Assembly: GCA_038087875.1 (NCBI GenBank)
Contig: CM075990.1
Location: 8,434,001-8,498,000, forward strand
Reading direction: 5' to 3'
Source: Malacoraja senta
Taxonomy: Eukaryota
Length of the DNA: 64,000 nucleotides
A model generated the notes under the pieces. The model worked only from the letters and a program-made list of their open reading frames with translations, had not been told where the DNA came from and searched no databases. Both the position numbers and the translations under genes were made by a program. Shown piece by piece: positions 26,140-38,251 of the stretch (within the stretch, counting starts at the first letter, position 1; each line of letters starts with the position of its first letter).

Positions 26140-26595
26140 GAGCGGGACTGTCATATGCTGAGAGAATGGAGCAGCTGGGCTTGTACACTCTGGAGTTTAG
26201 AAGGATGAGAGGGATTCTCATTGAAACATATAAGATTGTGAAGGGTTTGGACACGCTAGAGGCAGGAAACATGTTCCCGATGTTGGGGGAGTCCAGAACC
26301 AGGGGCCACAGTTTAAGAATAAGGAGTAAGCCATTTAGAACGGAGACGAGGAAACACTTTTTCTCGCAGAGAGTGGTGAGTCTGTGGAATTCTCTGTCTC
26401 AGAGGGCGGTGGAGGCAGGTTCTCTGGATGCTTTCAAGAGAGAGCTAGATAGGGCTCTTAAAAATAGCGGAGTCAGGGGCTATGGGGAGAAGGCAGGAAC
26501 GGGGTACTGATTGGGGATGATCAGCCATGATCACATTGAATGGCGGTGCTGGTTCGAAGGGCTGAATGGCCTACTCCTGCACCTATTGTCTATTG
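26140..26595 (+). mobile_element. CR1/HER1 3' fragment
   Basis: LGLYTLEFRRMRG...LWNSL...GYGEKAGTGY* plus tail. Confidence 0.92.
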
Positions 26596-27669
26596 ATAAT
26601 AGTATAATCCAATAGCCATGAAGATTTGCCAGATTGGCACAGTAGTCATTTATTTCTCAGCTTTGGTTTCTGATCCTGAATGTGTGGGTTTTTAACAATC
26701 TGTATTGCTCCTGGATCTGTCCACTCACTGAAGAACATCTGCCACCCATACATGTTCTGGCTCCATGTGACCCTGGACCAAACAATGTATTTAGCTTCCA
26801 AAAATCTCCTCCTTTCGGAAGCCAATCAGGGTGGACAATAGTTATCCACAACCCATGACTCAGTAAATTATAAAGTTTTCATTTAGACTTTTGACTTGCC
26901 TGCCACCAGGAGGAAAACAGATCTGAGTCATTCTCTTCTTGCAAGATGCTTTCTTATGCTTGCCTATGACATCACTTTGAGTGGGAACACTTTCGCCCAC
27001 ACCCCCAATTTTAACAGTGTTGTTTGCCCTGAAGATTGTTTCAATCCATTCTACATAAAAATTCACTTCATCATAAAAGGCAAGGTTCCATCCATTCGAA
27101 TAGGTTCCAACCTCCTTGCAGGGGTTTTATTTTCCAATGTTAAACTTTATCCATTAAAAATATATGCAAGTACAAACCACATTGTATCACTTTCTTTATA
27201 TTCATAGTGTTGTTCAGTCTATACATTCACAACTATACATTGGTCATGTACATGTTGTGTACTTAGCATATTTGCCTCTCATGTGGCCTCCTGTGATATA
27301 TCAACTTCACCAGTTTGAGGGTCTTCAGCACCTCGTGGCAGAAGGACCCTACACTGCTATCCTTTCCCTCAATGCACGATGCCAAGCTTCAGTGCATCCT
27401 TCTACACCCCCATAACATCTACATATGTTCCTGCCTCAAGAAGGCAGCATCTATTACCCTGGATCCCCAACATCCAGGCCATGCCCTCTTTTTGTTGCTG
27501 TCATCAGGCGCGAGGTACAAAAGCCTAAAGGCCCAAACCAGAAGCATTTTCTGACAAGCATTTGGGATGCTTTTTATTAAACTGATGAAAATGCATTTAA
27601 CCATGTATCTGCTCGCTGAAATTGTGGCTACATCCAGAAGAGGATGTAGTAAAGTGTTGATTATTGATT

Positions 27670-28055
27670 ATTGGTATGAATATTGATTTCTCTAACTTCA
27701 AGTAACCCTTGCATTCCCTCTCACTCCATCCCTCCTCGACTCAAGTCGTACCAGCTTCAAAGTCGTCTTGTTGAGTCATTGTCTGTACTCGTCCTCACCT
27801 AGCTCACGGCTAACAACGGCCTGTTTCCTTTATCATCGTTAATTTTTTGCATATCTTTAATTCATTTGTTCTATATCTCTCTACATCACCGTCTATATCT
27901 CCGTTTCCCTTTCCACTGACTCAATCTGAAGAAGGGTCTCAACCCAAAACATTACCTATTCCTTTTCTCCAGAGACGCCCTCTGACCCACTGAGTTACTC
28001 CAGCTTTTTGTGTCTATCTTCAGTTTAAACCAGCATCTGCAGTTCCTTCCTACAT
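27670..28055 (+). mobile_element. Penelope-like pLTR fragment
   Basis: GMNIDFSNFK* remnant, then tctgaagaagggtctcaacccaaaac and the common tail. Confidence 0.75.
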
Positions 28056-29259
28056 AATAAAGTGTTAACATCGTTATAGATGGATAAATCGGCAGCTCCG
28101 GGGACGTGGCAAATTGGTTCAAGAACTGATTCGACGAGAGAAGCACAAGGAATGAACAACAGGAGTTTTTGTATGTGGCACCAAGCCCCTTAATTTTGGT
28201 GATGTATTTCAATGATTCGGACCTAAATTGATTAAGACGTTTTCTGATGATAGCAAAGCAGACAGTTCTAAGCTTCAGGGAGGTGCCAGTGAATTGGTTA
28301 ACTGGGGACAAAAAATGCCAAAGAGCAAGTGTGGTTCAACTCAGGAAGATGATGATAAATGTTTTGATATTAAGAAATCTTGAGGAACAGAGCAATGGTG
28401 GAGTGTATGTCCCCAGATCCCGAGGATAGGGATAGATCGGGTCAGTTAAGTAGGTGTCTGTGATAGTTGTCCTTACCGGTTGAGTCACAGAATAAAAGAG
28501 AACTCATGCGTGAACACTTGCTAGCCCATGGCTAGACGACAGTGTAGAGTTTTATCATCATAGTATATGAAGCAGGAGATTTATGAGGTGGTTGTCATGG
28601 GTGAGGAATTGTGAGGAGAGATTGCCCTTGCTGGGTTTTTATCTTGCAAAAAGGAGAGCAAGGGGAGATTTAATCAAGGAATACACACAAAAAGCTGGAA
28701 TAACTCAGCGGGACAGGCAGCATCTCTGGAGAGACCCTTCTTAATTATGAAAGTCCAAGACATGATGAACACTGAGGACCCATTTAATAAAAAAACTTCG
28801 GTCATTAGCCAGTAGACATAGATTTGTTAATTGATTGGATTTGTGGGGAGTGGGGAAAATATTTTCAACCAAAGACGAATAGTGTTCTTGAGCTTGTTGC
28901 CTGAAAGCGTGGAGGAGGAAGTAAACATCAGATGTAAAAGATGCCTGGATGAATACTTGAGAGCTGTAGTCTGCATGGCTAATCTAAATATCCTCAGATT
29001 TCAAAGGCATGAACACAATGGGACGAATGTCCTGTGCCACAAATTCCTGATGCTATAAACATGTGATTTTGAAATTGCACAGAAATCTTTGCCATAATAG
29101 TATGTACTTGCTGGTGGCATCTATTACACAAGGTTCACACGCAGGATTCAATTACCTTGTGTTTCTTTACCATTTATAAATATCCCTTAATTGCATTTAT
29201 AATATGAGGGCACAGTGCAACTGAAAATGTATTTTTCATAAAATAAAAGCGTTTTCTCA

Positions 29260-29550
29260 GGCAGCACAGTAGCGCAGCTAGTAGAGCTGCTGCCTTACAG
29301 CGCCAGATACCTGGGTTCGATCCTGACCTTAAGTGCTGCCTATGTGGAGTTTGCACATTGTCCCTGAGACTGTGTGGCTTTCCACCAGGTACATCCCATA
29401 GGCGTGCGGGATTGGTCACTGTAAATTACCCCTAGTGTGTAGAGAGTGGATGCAAAAGTGGGGTAAGTGTGAACGGGTGATCAATGGGTGGCATGGACTT
29501 GATGGGCTGAAGGGCCGGTTTTCACATTGTATCACTGAACTGAACTAAAC
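29260..29550 (+). mobile_element. HE1-like SINE (diverged)
   Basis: tRNA-like head, body and actgaactaaa tail. Confidence 0.8.
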
Positions 29551-29880
29551 AAGTCCATCCAAACCTCCATTTGTGTCTGCTCTAAATCATAGAAGTTTGT
29601 AAGTTCAATTCATAGACTCTTCTCGAACAAGCAGAGGAATCTAAGCCCAATATCGAGTTGAACTGCTCTGATGTAGCAATTGTTTCCTCTGACCAATCCT
29701 GCAGTCACAACCAATATCCAAAGCTTATCTGTCAGTGTAAGCATACGTCTGTGAGTATTTGTAACTCAGAGTGTTTGATTGTGTGTGTGTGTGACTGAAT
29801 CAGGGTATCTCTATCTGAGTAATTGCGTCTCTGTCAGAAAGTCTGCCTGAATGCGTAATGTGTAGCCATCTGCATATTAG

Positions 29881-30130
29881 TTTTATTTAGTTTAGAGATA
29901 CAGCGCGGAAACAGGCCCTTCAGCCCACCGAGGCCACACCGACCAGCGATCCCCGCACACTAACACCATCTTACACTCGGGACAATTTTTACATTTATAC
30001 CTAGTCAATTAACCAACAACCTTTGGAGTGTGGGAGGAAACCGAAGTTCTCGGACAAACCCCACGCTACAGAGACAAACTACGTACAGTCAGCACCCGTA
30101 GCCAGTATGGAACCTGGGTCTCTGGTGCTG
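29881..30130 (-). mobile_element. HE1-like SINE whose head is cut off at the LTR element
   Basis: Reverse complement of the HE1 body and tail; stops at the LTR boundary. Confidence 0.8.
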
Positions 30131-30132
30131 CA

Positions 30133-30955
30133 TGTAGATTGGTTATTTCTTACTAACCAATTGTAGTGCTTGTTAGTAGTTGCTCCGCCAAATATGCGAT
30201 TCATATTACCAAGAGCTTGCCTACGCCATTCAGTATGAGTAGCTGCTAGGAACTGTAATGTCCTGCAGACCGATGCTGTGTGGTCTTTAATGAACATGGG
30301 TTGTATCTTGATGTGTGTTTGACTCGACTCATTACATGGTGTCAGAGAGTGAGTCTTACCTACTCCGTTCATGTTTATCGGGTTTTGTTTTTTTATTTGT
30401 TTGTGTGCAAGTTATCTCTATCATGGCAAACTCGTCTCGCCATCCTAGTCCTCTGATCTTTGACTCTGACATTGCTGAACGCTGGTGCCTTTTCGAGCGC
30501 GACTGCATTCACTATGTTCGCATCGTTCATCGCAACGATCCTCCAGATGTACGTGCTTCTGTATTACTCAACCTGGCTGGCCCAGAGGCAATGAAACGTG
30601 CGGCCAGTTTTACATTTGAGCCTGCTGTTTTAGATGAGAAGGGACAGATCCTAGTGCCTGCAGAGACGATTGATGACCCTCCGGTCCCTATATTGCTTAG
30701 CCACCATGTTCCCATATATCCATGCTTGATTTTGTTTCTACAAGGAAAGATGTAGATTGGTTATTTCCAACTAACCAATTGTAGTGCTTGTTAGTAGTTG
30801 CTCCGCTTAATATGCGATTCATATTACCAAGAGCTTGCCTACGCCATTCAGTATGAGTAGCTGCTAGGAACTGTAATGTCCTGCAGACCGATGTTGTAGT
30901 GGTGTTTAATAAACATGTGTTGTTTCTTGATGTGTGTTTGAATCGACTCATTACA
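30133..30955 (+). mobile_element. Miniature Gypsy-like LTR retroelement (LTR-PBS-gag fragment-PPT-LTR)
   Basis: LTRs 30133-30336 and 30751-30955, each TGTA...TACA; TGGTGTCAGA directly after the 5' LTR; AAGGAAAGA directly before the 3' LTR; gag-like MANSSRHPSPL..ERWCLFERD..VLLNLAGPEA. Confidence 0.88.
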
Positions 30956-31596
30956 GTGAGTATATGAGTGTGCATATGCATATGTTTATATGCATATGTG
31001 TCTGTATATCTGTGTGTGAGAAAGAGAGTGGTGGCCTTGTATAATCGGCACACTTGACTGCTTCCAATCCTACTATAGCTTTCCTCTATGTTAATAGAAT
31101 TCTTGTACTTCACACCAAGGAACCTCAGTGAAGCATTTCTCTGGAACAGAAATTAAATGTTTCTCTCGTCCGCTGATTATAACTCAATATCATCATTACT
31201 TGTCAGCCTAAGTTGGACCCTTAAGCATTGTAAGTGTCTATGAACGTTTGAAACGATCACTAGGCTGCAGTTGCAATATTAATTCCTAATGATATGGCAG
31301 GAGAGGAAGTGAAGCTGCCAAAATTACAGCTGCAAAACTCTCACCATTTGAGACTGAAGAGGAAAGATCCAGCGAGGTGTCGAGTCCTTTCATTAAACAC
31401 CCTTCAGCTGTAGGACTTCATTTGCCTACAAGTGGAACAGAGTAGAAGAGAAATGAAAGGTCACAGACTGGCTACTAATTAGATGAGCATTGATGGCTTC
31501 GGGAAGATATAAATTTACATCAGAGATGAGAACCGTGCACTGAAAGGGGTTCCAGTAAGATTTATCCAAACTTATTTGATGACCATAAGATTGGAG

Positions 31597-31771
31597 GTAG
31601 ACAAAAAAGCTGGAGAAACTCAGCGGGTGAGGCAGCATCTATGGAGCGAAGGAATAGGCGATGTTTTGGGTCGCGTATTCCTTCGCTCCATAGATGCTGC
31701 CTCACCCGCTGAGTTTCTCCAGCTTTTTTGTCCACCTTCGATTTTTCCAGCATCTGCCGTTCTTTCTTAAA
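31597..31771. mobile_element. Fold-back Penelope-derived insertion
   Basis: Inverted arms; 13-bp TSD cataagattggag (31584-31596, 31772-31784). Confidence 0.88.
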
Positions 31772-32292
31772 CATAAGATTGGAGAGGTTTTTTAATTACA
31801 GAAGCCAAAGATCGATCTGTAAACAAGTAAAGAAATTAAAGCTGACACATTGGAGACGTTCATGTTGGCATGGCAGTGTTGGCATTCATGATGGATCCAG
31901 CTACATTTTTTAGAGTTTGGATGCACCTTAAAATACATTCAGAAAGAGTTTTATGTTATGTAGATTGTGCTGGCATCTGGATTTGCTGACTGTATATTCA
32001 TTTGTGTGCTGTGCAGCCTTCCCCGAGCTTGTATGCTTATAGAACCTGCACAAATTGGTAATCTAAATTGTATCACAAAAACCATCGGCGTGAACCCTGA
32101 TTGAATTTGGATCTTGAACCTCCTTGGCTGAACCTGGAGACCGTGGATGTTAATTGGGTTCCTAATGGAACTGGCAGGAGAGCTTGCTCCAAGATTGTGC
32201 AAAGATAACTTGCTTTCTGCAAAAGCAAATCATGCTGTCAGCTCTTTCTCTCACAGGAAAGTTTCAATGTTTAACAATAATTGTGCTTAGTG

Positions 32293-33101
32293 TATTGTAT
32301 TTAAGTTGAATTTTGTTATTGGCATAATTTCACTTTTATTCCAATTAATCCTATATCCTGAGAACTGACCAAATTGTGTTATTAGATTTAATAGATTTGG
32401 AATACTAGTTTCTAACTTTGTAATATATATTAATACATCATCTGCATATAAGGAAATTTTATTCCTTGTATCTCTAATGTTGTATCCATGTATTCCTGGA
32501 TGGGTTCTAACGCTTTCTGCTAATGGTTCAATTGCAAGAGCAAATAATAGTGGGGATAGTGAACATCCTTGTCTACAACCTCTAGAAAGATTAAATTTGG
32601 CTGATAACATTTGATTTGTTAATATTCTAGCTGTTGGATTAGAGTATAACAATTTAACCCATGTGCAGAACTTCTCTCCCAATTGAAATTTTTTCATTAC
32701 CGAAAATAAATATGTCCATTCTACCTGGTCAAATGCCTATTTGAAGGGATAGAGTGGCCCAGCGCGAAAGCCCGACTGAAGCTTGAACTCAGGATTAGAT
32801 GTAATTATATTTCATAACCTACGAACTTATCTCCTATGACGTATTATAAGTTATTCATTCCACCTTTTTTTCTTTTTTGATATTGAAATTCTTCTTTCTT
32901 TCTCTTCTTTCTCTCTATTTTTCTTTTTCTATCTATATAAAAAAAACACTAGAAGCAGAATTAACTGACAATTGACAAATTTAATAATGTATGAATGATT
33001 GATGCATATGAAAAGTTTTTTCTTCTATTCTATTATAATATGTTACTCTACACTGTAATATGTTTGCTTCTAATAAAAATTTATATCACAAAAAAAAAAA
33101 A
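32293..33101. mobile_element. L1-clade insertion with inverted 5' segment
   Basis: Minus-strand RT (RGCRQGCSLSPLLF..LYADD) to about 32738, then + strand ORF end, UTR, AATAAA and poly(A); 14-bp TSD aattgtgcttagtg (32279-32292, 33102-33115). Confidence 0.85.
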
Positions 33102-33135
33102 AATTGTGCTTAGTGATAGATATATACATACATAT

Positions 33136-33686
33136 GTGCAGGAGTAGGCCATTCAGCCCTTCGAGCCAGCACCGCCATTCAATGTAATTATGGCTGATCA
33201 TCCACAATCAGTACCCCATTCCTGCCTTCTCCACCAAAGTGGATAACCTCACATTTAGCCACATTAAACTGCATCTGCCATGCATCTGCCCACTCACCCA
33301 ATCTGTCCAAGTCACCCTGCATCCTCATAGCATCCTCCTCGCAGTTCACACTTCCACCAAGCTTTGTGTCATCTGCAAATTTGCTAATGTTACTGTTAAT
33401 TCCTTCATCTAAATCATTAATGTATATTGTAAATAGCTGCGGTCCCAGCACCGAGCCTTGTGGCACCCCACTAGTCACTGCCTGCCATTCTGAAAGGGAT
33501 CTGATAATCCCTACTCTTTGTTTCCTGTCTGCTAACCAATTTTCTATCTATGTCAATACCCTACTCCCAATACCATGTGCTCTAATTTTGCCCACTAATC
33601 TCCTGTATGGGACCTCATCATAGGCTTTCTGAAAGTCCAGGTACACTACATCCACTGACTCTCCCTTGTCCATTTTACTTGTTACA
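33136..33686 (-). mobile_element. CR1/HER1 fragment with internal deletion
   Basis: [29 protein letters not shown] joined directly to the 3' tail. Confidence 0.9.
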
Positions 33687-34669
33687 TGGTAACTAATTAA
33701 GAACCAAATTCAATATAAATATACAATGCAATATATATGTTAATCAGTTATATGGATTTACATGTGTAGGAAGGAACTGCAAATGCTGGTTTAAACCAAA
33801 GATAGACACATAAAGCTGGAGTAACTCAGCGGGTCAGACAGCATCTCTGGAGAAAACGTCACCTATAGCTTTTCTCCAGAGATGCTGTCTGACCCGCTAA
33901 GTTATTCTAGCTTTTTGTGTCTATGCATGGATTTAAACCTCTTTTATAGAAAAGGTTACAGAGGAATATGGCATCTAGGTAGCATTAAGCAGTAAATATG
34001 TCATGCTATGTGACTTGTTCTTGATTAGTACAGGTGTCAGAGGTTATGGGGAGAAGGCAGGAGAATGGGGTTTAGGAGGGAGAGATAGATCAGCCATGAT
34101 TGAATGGTGGAGTAGACTTGATGGGCCGAATGGCCTAATTATACTCCTATCACTTATGACCTTATGATACAAGGGATTGCAGTCGGTTGAGAGTTGACTG
34201 TCTTCAATAAAGGATTGTTGTTAGAACTCTTACTTCTGTTGTTTGCCTTAGGAAACAGCAACACCATTGTGCTCCACTTACTTTGTCTTAACAGCCTAGA
34301 AATTAGATTGTGCCAGACAGTTTATTTCAGCTCCATACAATTGAAAATATACTTATTTGCTCGAGAAATTGGATTGGACAATCCCCAGTGAGGGTTGCAC
34401 ATGTGTATGTGACTTAATTTCCCCATCGGTCTCGCACCAAATTATATAAGCCTGGAAATTGGATTTTACCTGCATTTGCTACACTAAACTAGTGCTGTAT
34501 TTTCTCAAGTTCACGAGTCACCAAAAAAAGTCACAGAATTGGGACATCCTAACCTTATCGTAGTTCTGCTCCATTTAGTACTGATATTTTGTGTGTTAGT
34601 TTACAGATGGCAGCATAACTTCATAAGTCATCAGAGCAGAATTAGGCCATTCGGCCCATCAAGTGTACT

Positions 34670-35564
34670 CTGCTTTAAGAAAAAATATATATATATATTT
34701 TTATTTTATTAGAAGTAAGTACAATTGTATGGCACCAAAGTGCCTAATATATATTTTCATAATACATTTTATGTACAGCTTCTTATTTTTTTATTATAAT
34801 AAAGAAGAATAAGAAAAAGAAATTAGATAATAAAGGATAGAAAAACGTGAGATATATAGTGTGTGAAAAAGAAGAAAAAAGAATGAAAGAAGAAAGTTGA
34901 AGAAAAGAAAATAGGAAAAAGAGAGTAAAAAATAAAAAAAGAAGGAGATCATTATTTATAATCTTGACCATCCCCCACCCAGTCCTGGAACAGTTAGCTT
35001 CTACAATTGTGTTGCACCATATGATTCCAAAAAGACGACAAATGGAGACCAACTCGTTATGAATTGGTCTGATTTATCTATTAGGAGGAATCGCATTTCC
35101 TCAAGATGTGCGGTGTCCAACATGCTTGAAATCCACATTTTAAACGTTGGTATTGGTGTATTTTTCCAAAATTTAAGTATTCATTTTTTTGCTATTATTA
35201 AACCATAATTTAAAAATAAATGTTGAGATGAGTTCAATTTATTCCCATCTTCCATTACTCCAAATATAATCATTTCAATATTAGGTTCCATTCTTATCTT
35301 AAATAATTTTGTAAATATTTCAAAAATATCACTCCAAAATCTATAAAGTTTTATGCAGGAAACAAAAGAGTGTGTTATAGTTGCGTTTTGGGTTAAACAT
35401 TTATCGCAAATGGGGGATATATTTGGATAGAATTTATTCAGTCTTGTTTTTGAATAATATAATCTATGTAAAATTTTTAATTGAATTAGATTACGTCTTG
35501 CATTAATCGAACATTTGTGAATGTATATCAAGTACTTTTCCCATGTAACCTTCGTAATTTTTGT
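34670..35564 (-). mobile_element. L1-clade 3' fragment (AT-rich family) nested in a HER1 tail
   Basis: LKILHRLYYSKTRL...CDKC...HSFVSC (CCHC finger); UTR with AATAAA; the HER1 tail resumes on both sides with a few bases lost. Confidence 0.85.
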
Positions 35565-36228
35565 CATGGCTGATCTATCTTTCTCTCTCAACCCCATTCT
35601 CCTGCCTTCTCCCCATAACCCTTACTAATCAAGAACCTATCAATCTTCACCTTAAAAATATCCATCGACTTGGCCTCCACATCCTTCTATGGCAATGAAT
35701 TTCACAGAGACACCACCCTCTGACTAAAGCAATTCCTCATCTCCTTTCTAAAGGTATGTCCTTTTATTCTGAGGCTATGGTCTCTGGTCCTGGACTCTCC
35801 CACTAGTGGAAACATCCTTTCCACATCCACGCTATCCAAGCCTTTCACTATTTGGTAAGTTTCAGTGAAGTGCCCGCTCTTCCTAAACTCTAGCAAGTAC
35901 AGGCCCAGAGCCTTGTTGAAGGCATGAATACATAACCTGCTGGGAAGGTCAGATAAAGGGCACACACAAGGACATGGGAGAGTGGGGGGAAAGAAGAGGG
36001 GGGGGGAGGAAAGTAGTCCTTGGAGACCACCACACTGGATGGAATAGGGCAACCAAGCTACGTGTACAAATGTTCCCATGTCACTGTGAGCAATGGGATC
36101 ATTGTGGTACACAGTACAGAGATAATCACTGCTGAGCCAGAGATGAAATGATCAGCAAATAGAAATGAATGTGAGCAAGTCAGTGCTTATAAAATTAATG
36201 TCCCAGCTGGGACCGTATAATTCACATC

Positions 36229-36660
36229 TGTAAGTAAGTAAGTAAGTTTATTGGCCAAGTATTCACATACAAGGAATTTGCCTTGGTGCTCCGCCCACAA
36301 GTAACAACATGACATACAGTGACAGTTACGAATGACTCAGAAAACACTAAACATTAATAATAATAAAACATTAATGATAAAACACCATTGATCAAGCATT
36401 TGAACCAACAAAATACCAGATCAAAGGGGGGCTACAGATTTTTGGCTGTTGAGTAGAGCAACTACTCATGGATAAAAACTGTTTTTACGTCTGGCTGTGG
36501 CAGCTTTGACAGTCCGGAGTCGCCTTCCAGAGGGAAGTGATTCAAAGAGTTTGTGGCCAGGGTGAGAGGGGTCAGAGATGATATTGCCCGCTCGCTTCCT
36601 GGCCCTTGCAGTGTACAGTTCATCAATGGAGGGAAGGTTGCAGTCAATAACCTTCTCTGT
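36229..36660 (-). mobile_element. Rex1/Babar LINE 3' end
   Basis: Minus-strand RAGNIISDPSHPGHKLFESLPSGRRLRTVK..NSFYP; (cttac)-type tail; related copies at about 60193-60320 and 63298-63570. Confidence 0.85.
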
Positions 36661-36991
36661 ATCCTGACTTATGGTATGGTTTTCTTCCTGTTAGGCAGTG
36701 TGTGAAATCCTGAGGCCATGGTCACGGGTCATGACATTTTGATCCTATTTCTAACAGAATGGAAACAACGAGTACTGTACAAGTAATATTGTTATGTGTA
36801 CATGGTGATAGGGAAGTGCCATCCGTGATAAGGTGAATGTCACCAAAGATTACGTGGCTCAATTTCCTGATGAGTGGAGCTTCAGTAAAATGACGGGCAC
36901 AATGACTTCGATATATGCACCATGCAATTTTTAATGCATGAGTTATGCATGAACTTCAGGCGCTAGTGGGCTGTTAGTCCCAACAAACAAC

Positions 36992-36994
<3 letters not shown>

Positions 36995-37028
<34 letters not shown>

Positions 37029-37379
37029 GATTGGATTTATATAGCGCCTTTCTAATACTCAAGGCGCTTAATAATAATGGATGGGATTTATATAGCACCT
37101 TTCTAACACTCAAGGCGCTTTACATCGCATTATTCATTCACTCCTCAGTCACACTCGGTGGTGGTAAGCTACTTCTGTAGCCACAGCTGCCCTGGGGCAG
37201 ACTGACGGAAGCGTGGCTCCGACCACCACCAATCACTCACACACATTCACACGCAGGCAAAGGTGGGTGAAGTGTCTTGCCCAAGGACACAACGACAGTA
37301 TGCACTCCAAGCGGGATTCGAACCGGCTACCTTCCGGTTGCCAGCCGAACACTTAGCCCATTGCGCCATCTGTCGTCCC
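36995..37379 (-). mobile_element. tRNA-derived SINE with L2-type tail, distinct from HE1
   Basis: Minus-strand A box TGGCGCAATGG, B box GGTTCGAATCC, gtgtccttgggcaagacactt core, tail tgtaaagcgccttgagt..aaaggcgctatataaat(tta)n; the tail is duplicated. Confidence 0.85.
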
Positions 37380-38251
37380 TAGTGGCTCAACTATGGGTTA
37401 AGTTGACCATTACTGGGCAACTCCAGGACAACTAAGTCCTAGCATCGCAATGCCACACTTGAGCCTCATCAAGGTAAATGCTGTACTTACCATCTATTCT
37501 TCAGGTCCATCCATTCCCCCAACGGTACGAAAATGGCTTTAGGATCTCGATTCACTGAATCAGCTGGATGTGTAAATACACATACACATCGATTTCTTAG
37601 GAGAGAGAAGGCACAGGAATTTGCAACAGGATATCATTTTTACCCACTCTTGTTCCAAATGCAGTAGTGATTAATATTGCATTGTGAACCCATTCAGCAG
37701 TACAATATGTACACTTGGCAAATTGGTGAAGTGTATTATATATCATGTTTAGATATCTTGTGATGTGCTTGACAACATTGGTAGATAAACAGTTTTGTCT
37801 GTGAACATGGCCCTAATCCTTATCTGCAACCAGTGAAGGACCTATCTTCCAGTGCTTGTTGAAAGCAATTCATCATATTTAATTCTCTGCATTTTTGTCT
37901 GCTAAAGTGTTTTTGCAGAAGTATTTTCCTGTCTGCAGTCAATTCCCCTAAGTAAAACACTGACAAGTCCCAGAGAAAGAATAATCAAGGCATCCTGTTT
38001 CTAAGCTAATGTCTCTGGTTAGATTCTCCTGACACCATCTCCCAAGCAATTCTGTGTTTCCTATATATCCTATATATTTTTCCTTCCTCTGACTGTCCAT
38101 TACTGTTGATCAATGAACTAGTTTTTGTTGTGCAAGCATTGAAAGTCTGGTTTCTTACTCCTACCTATCTTGTAAGTTGTAGTTTCTGATATTTGGGTAA
38201 GATTGCAAAAATTACTAAGCATTACTAGTAGTCGAATGGTGTAGGCACAGT

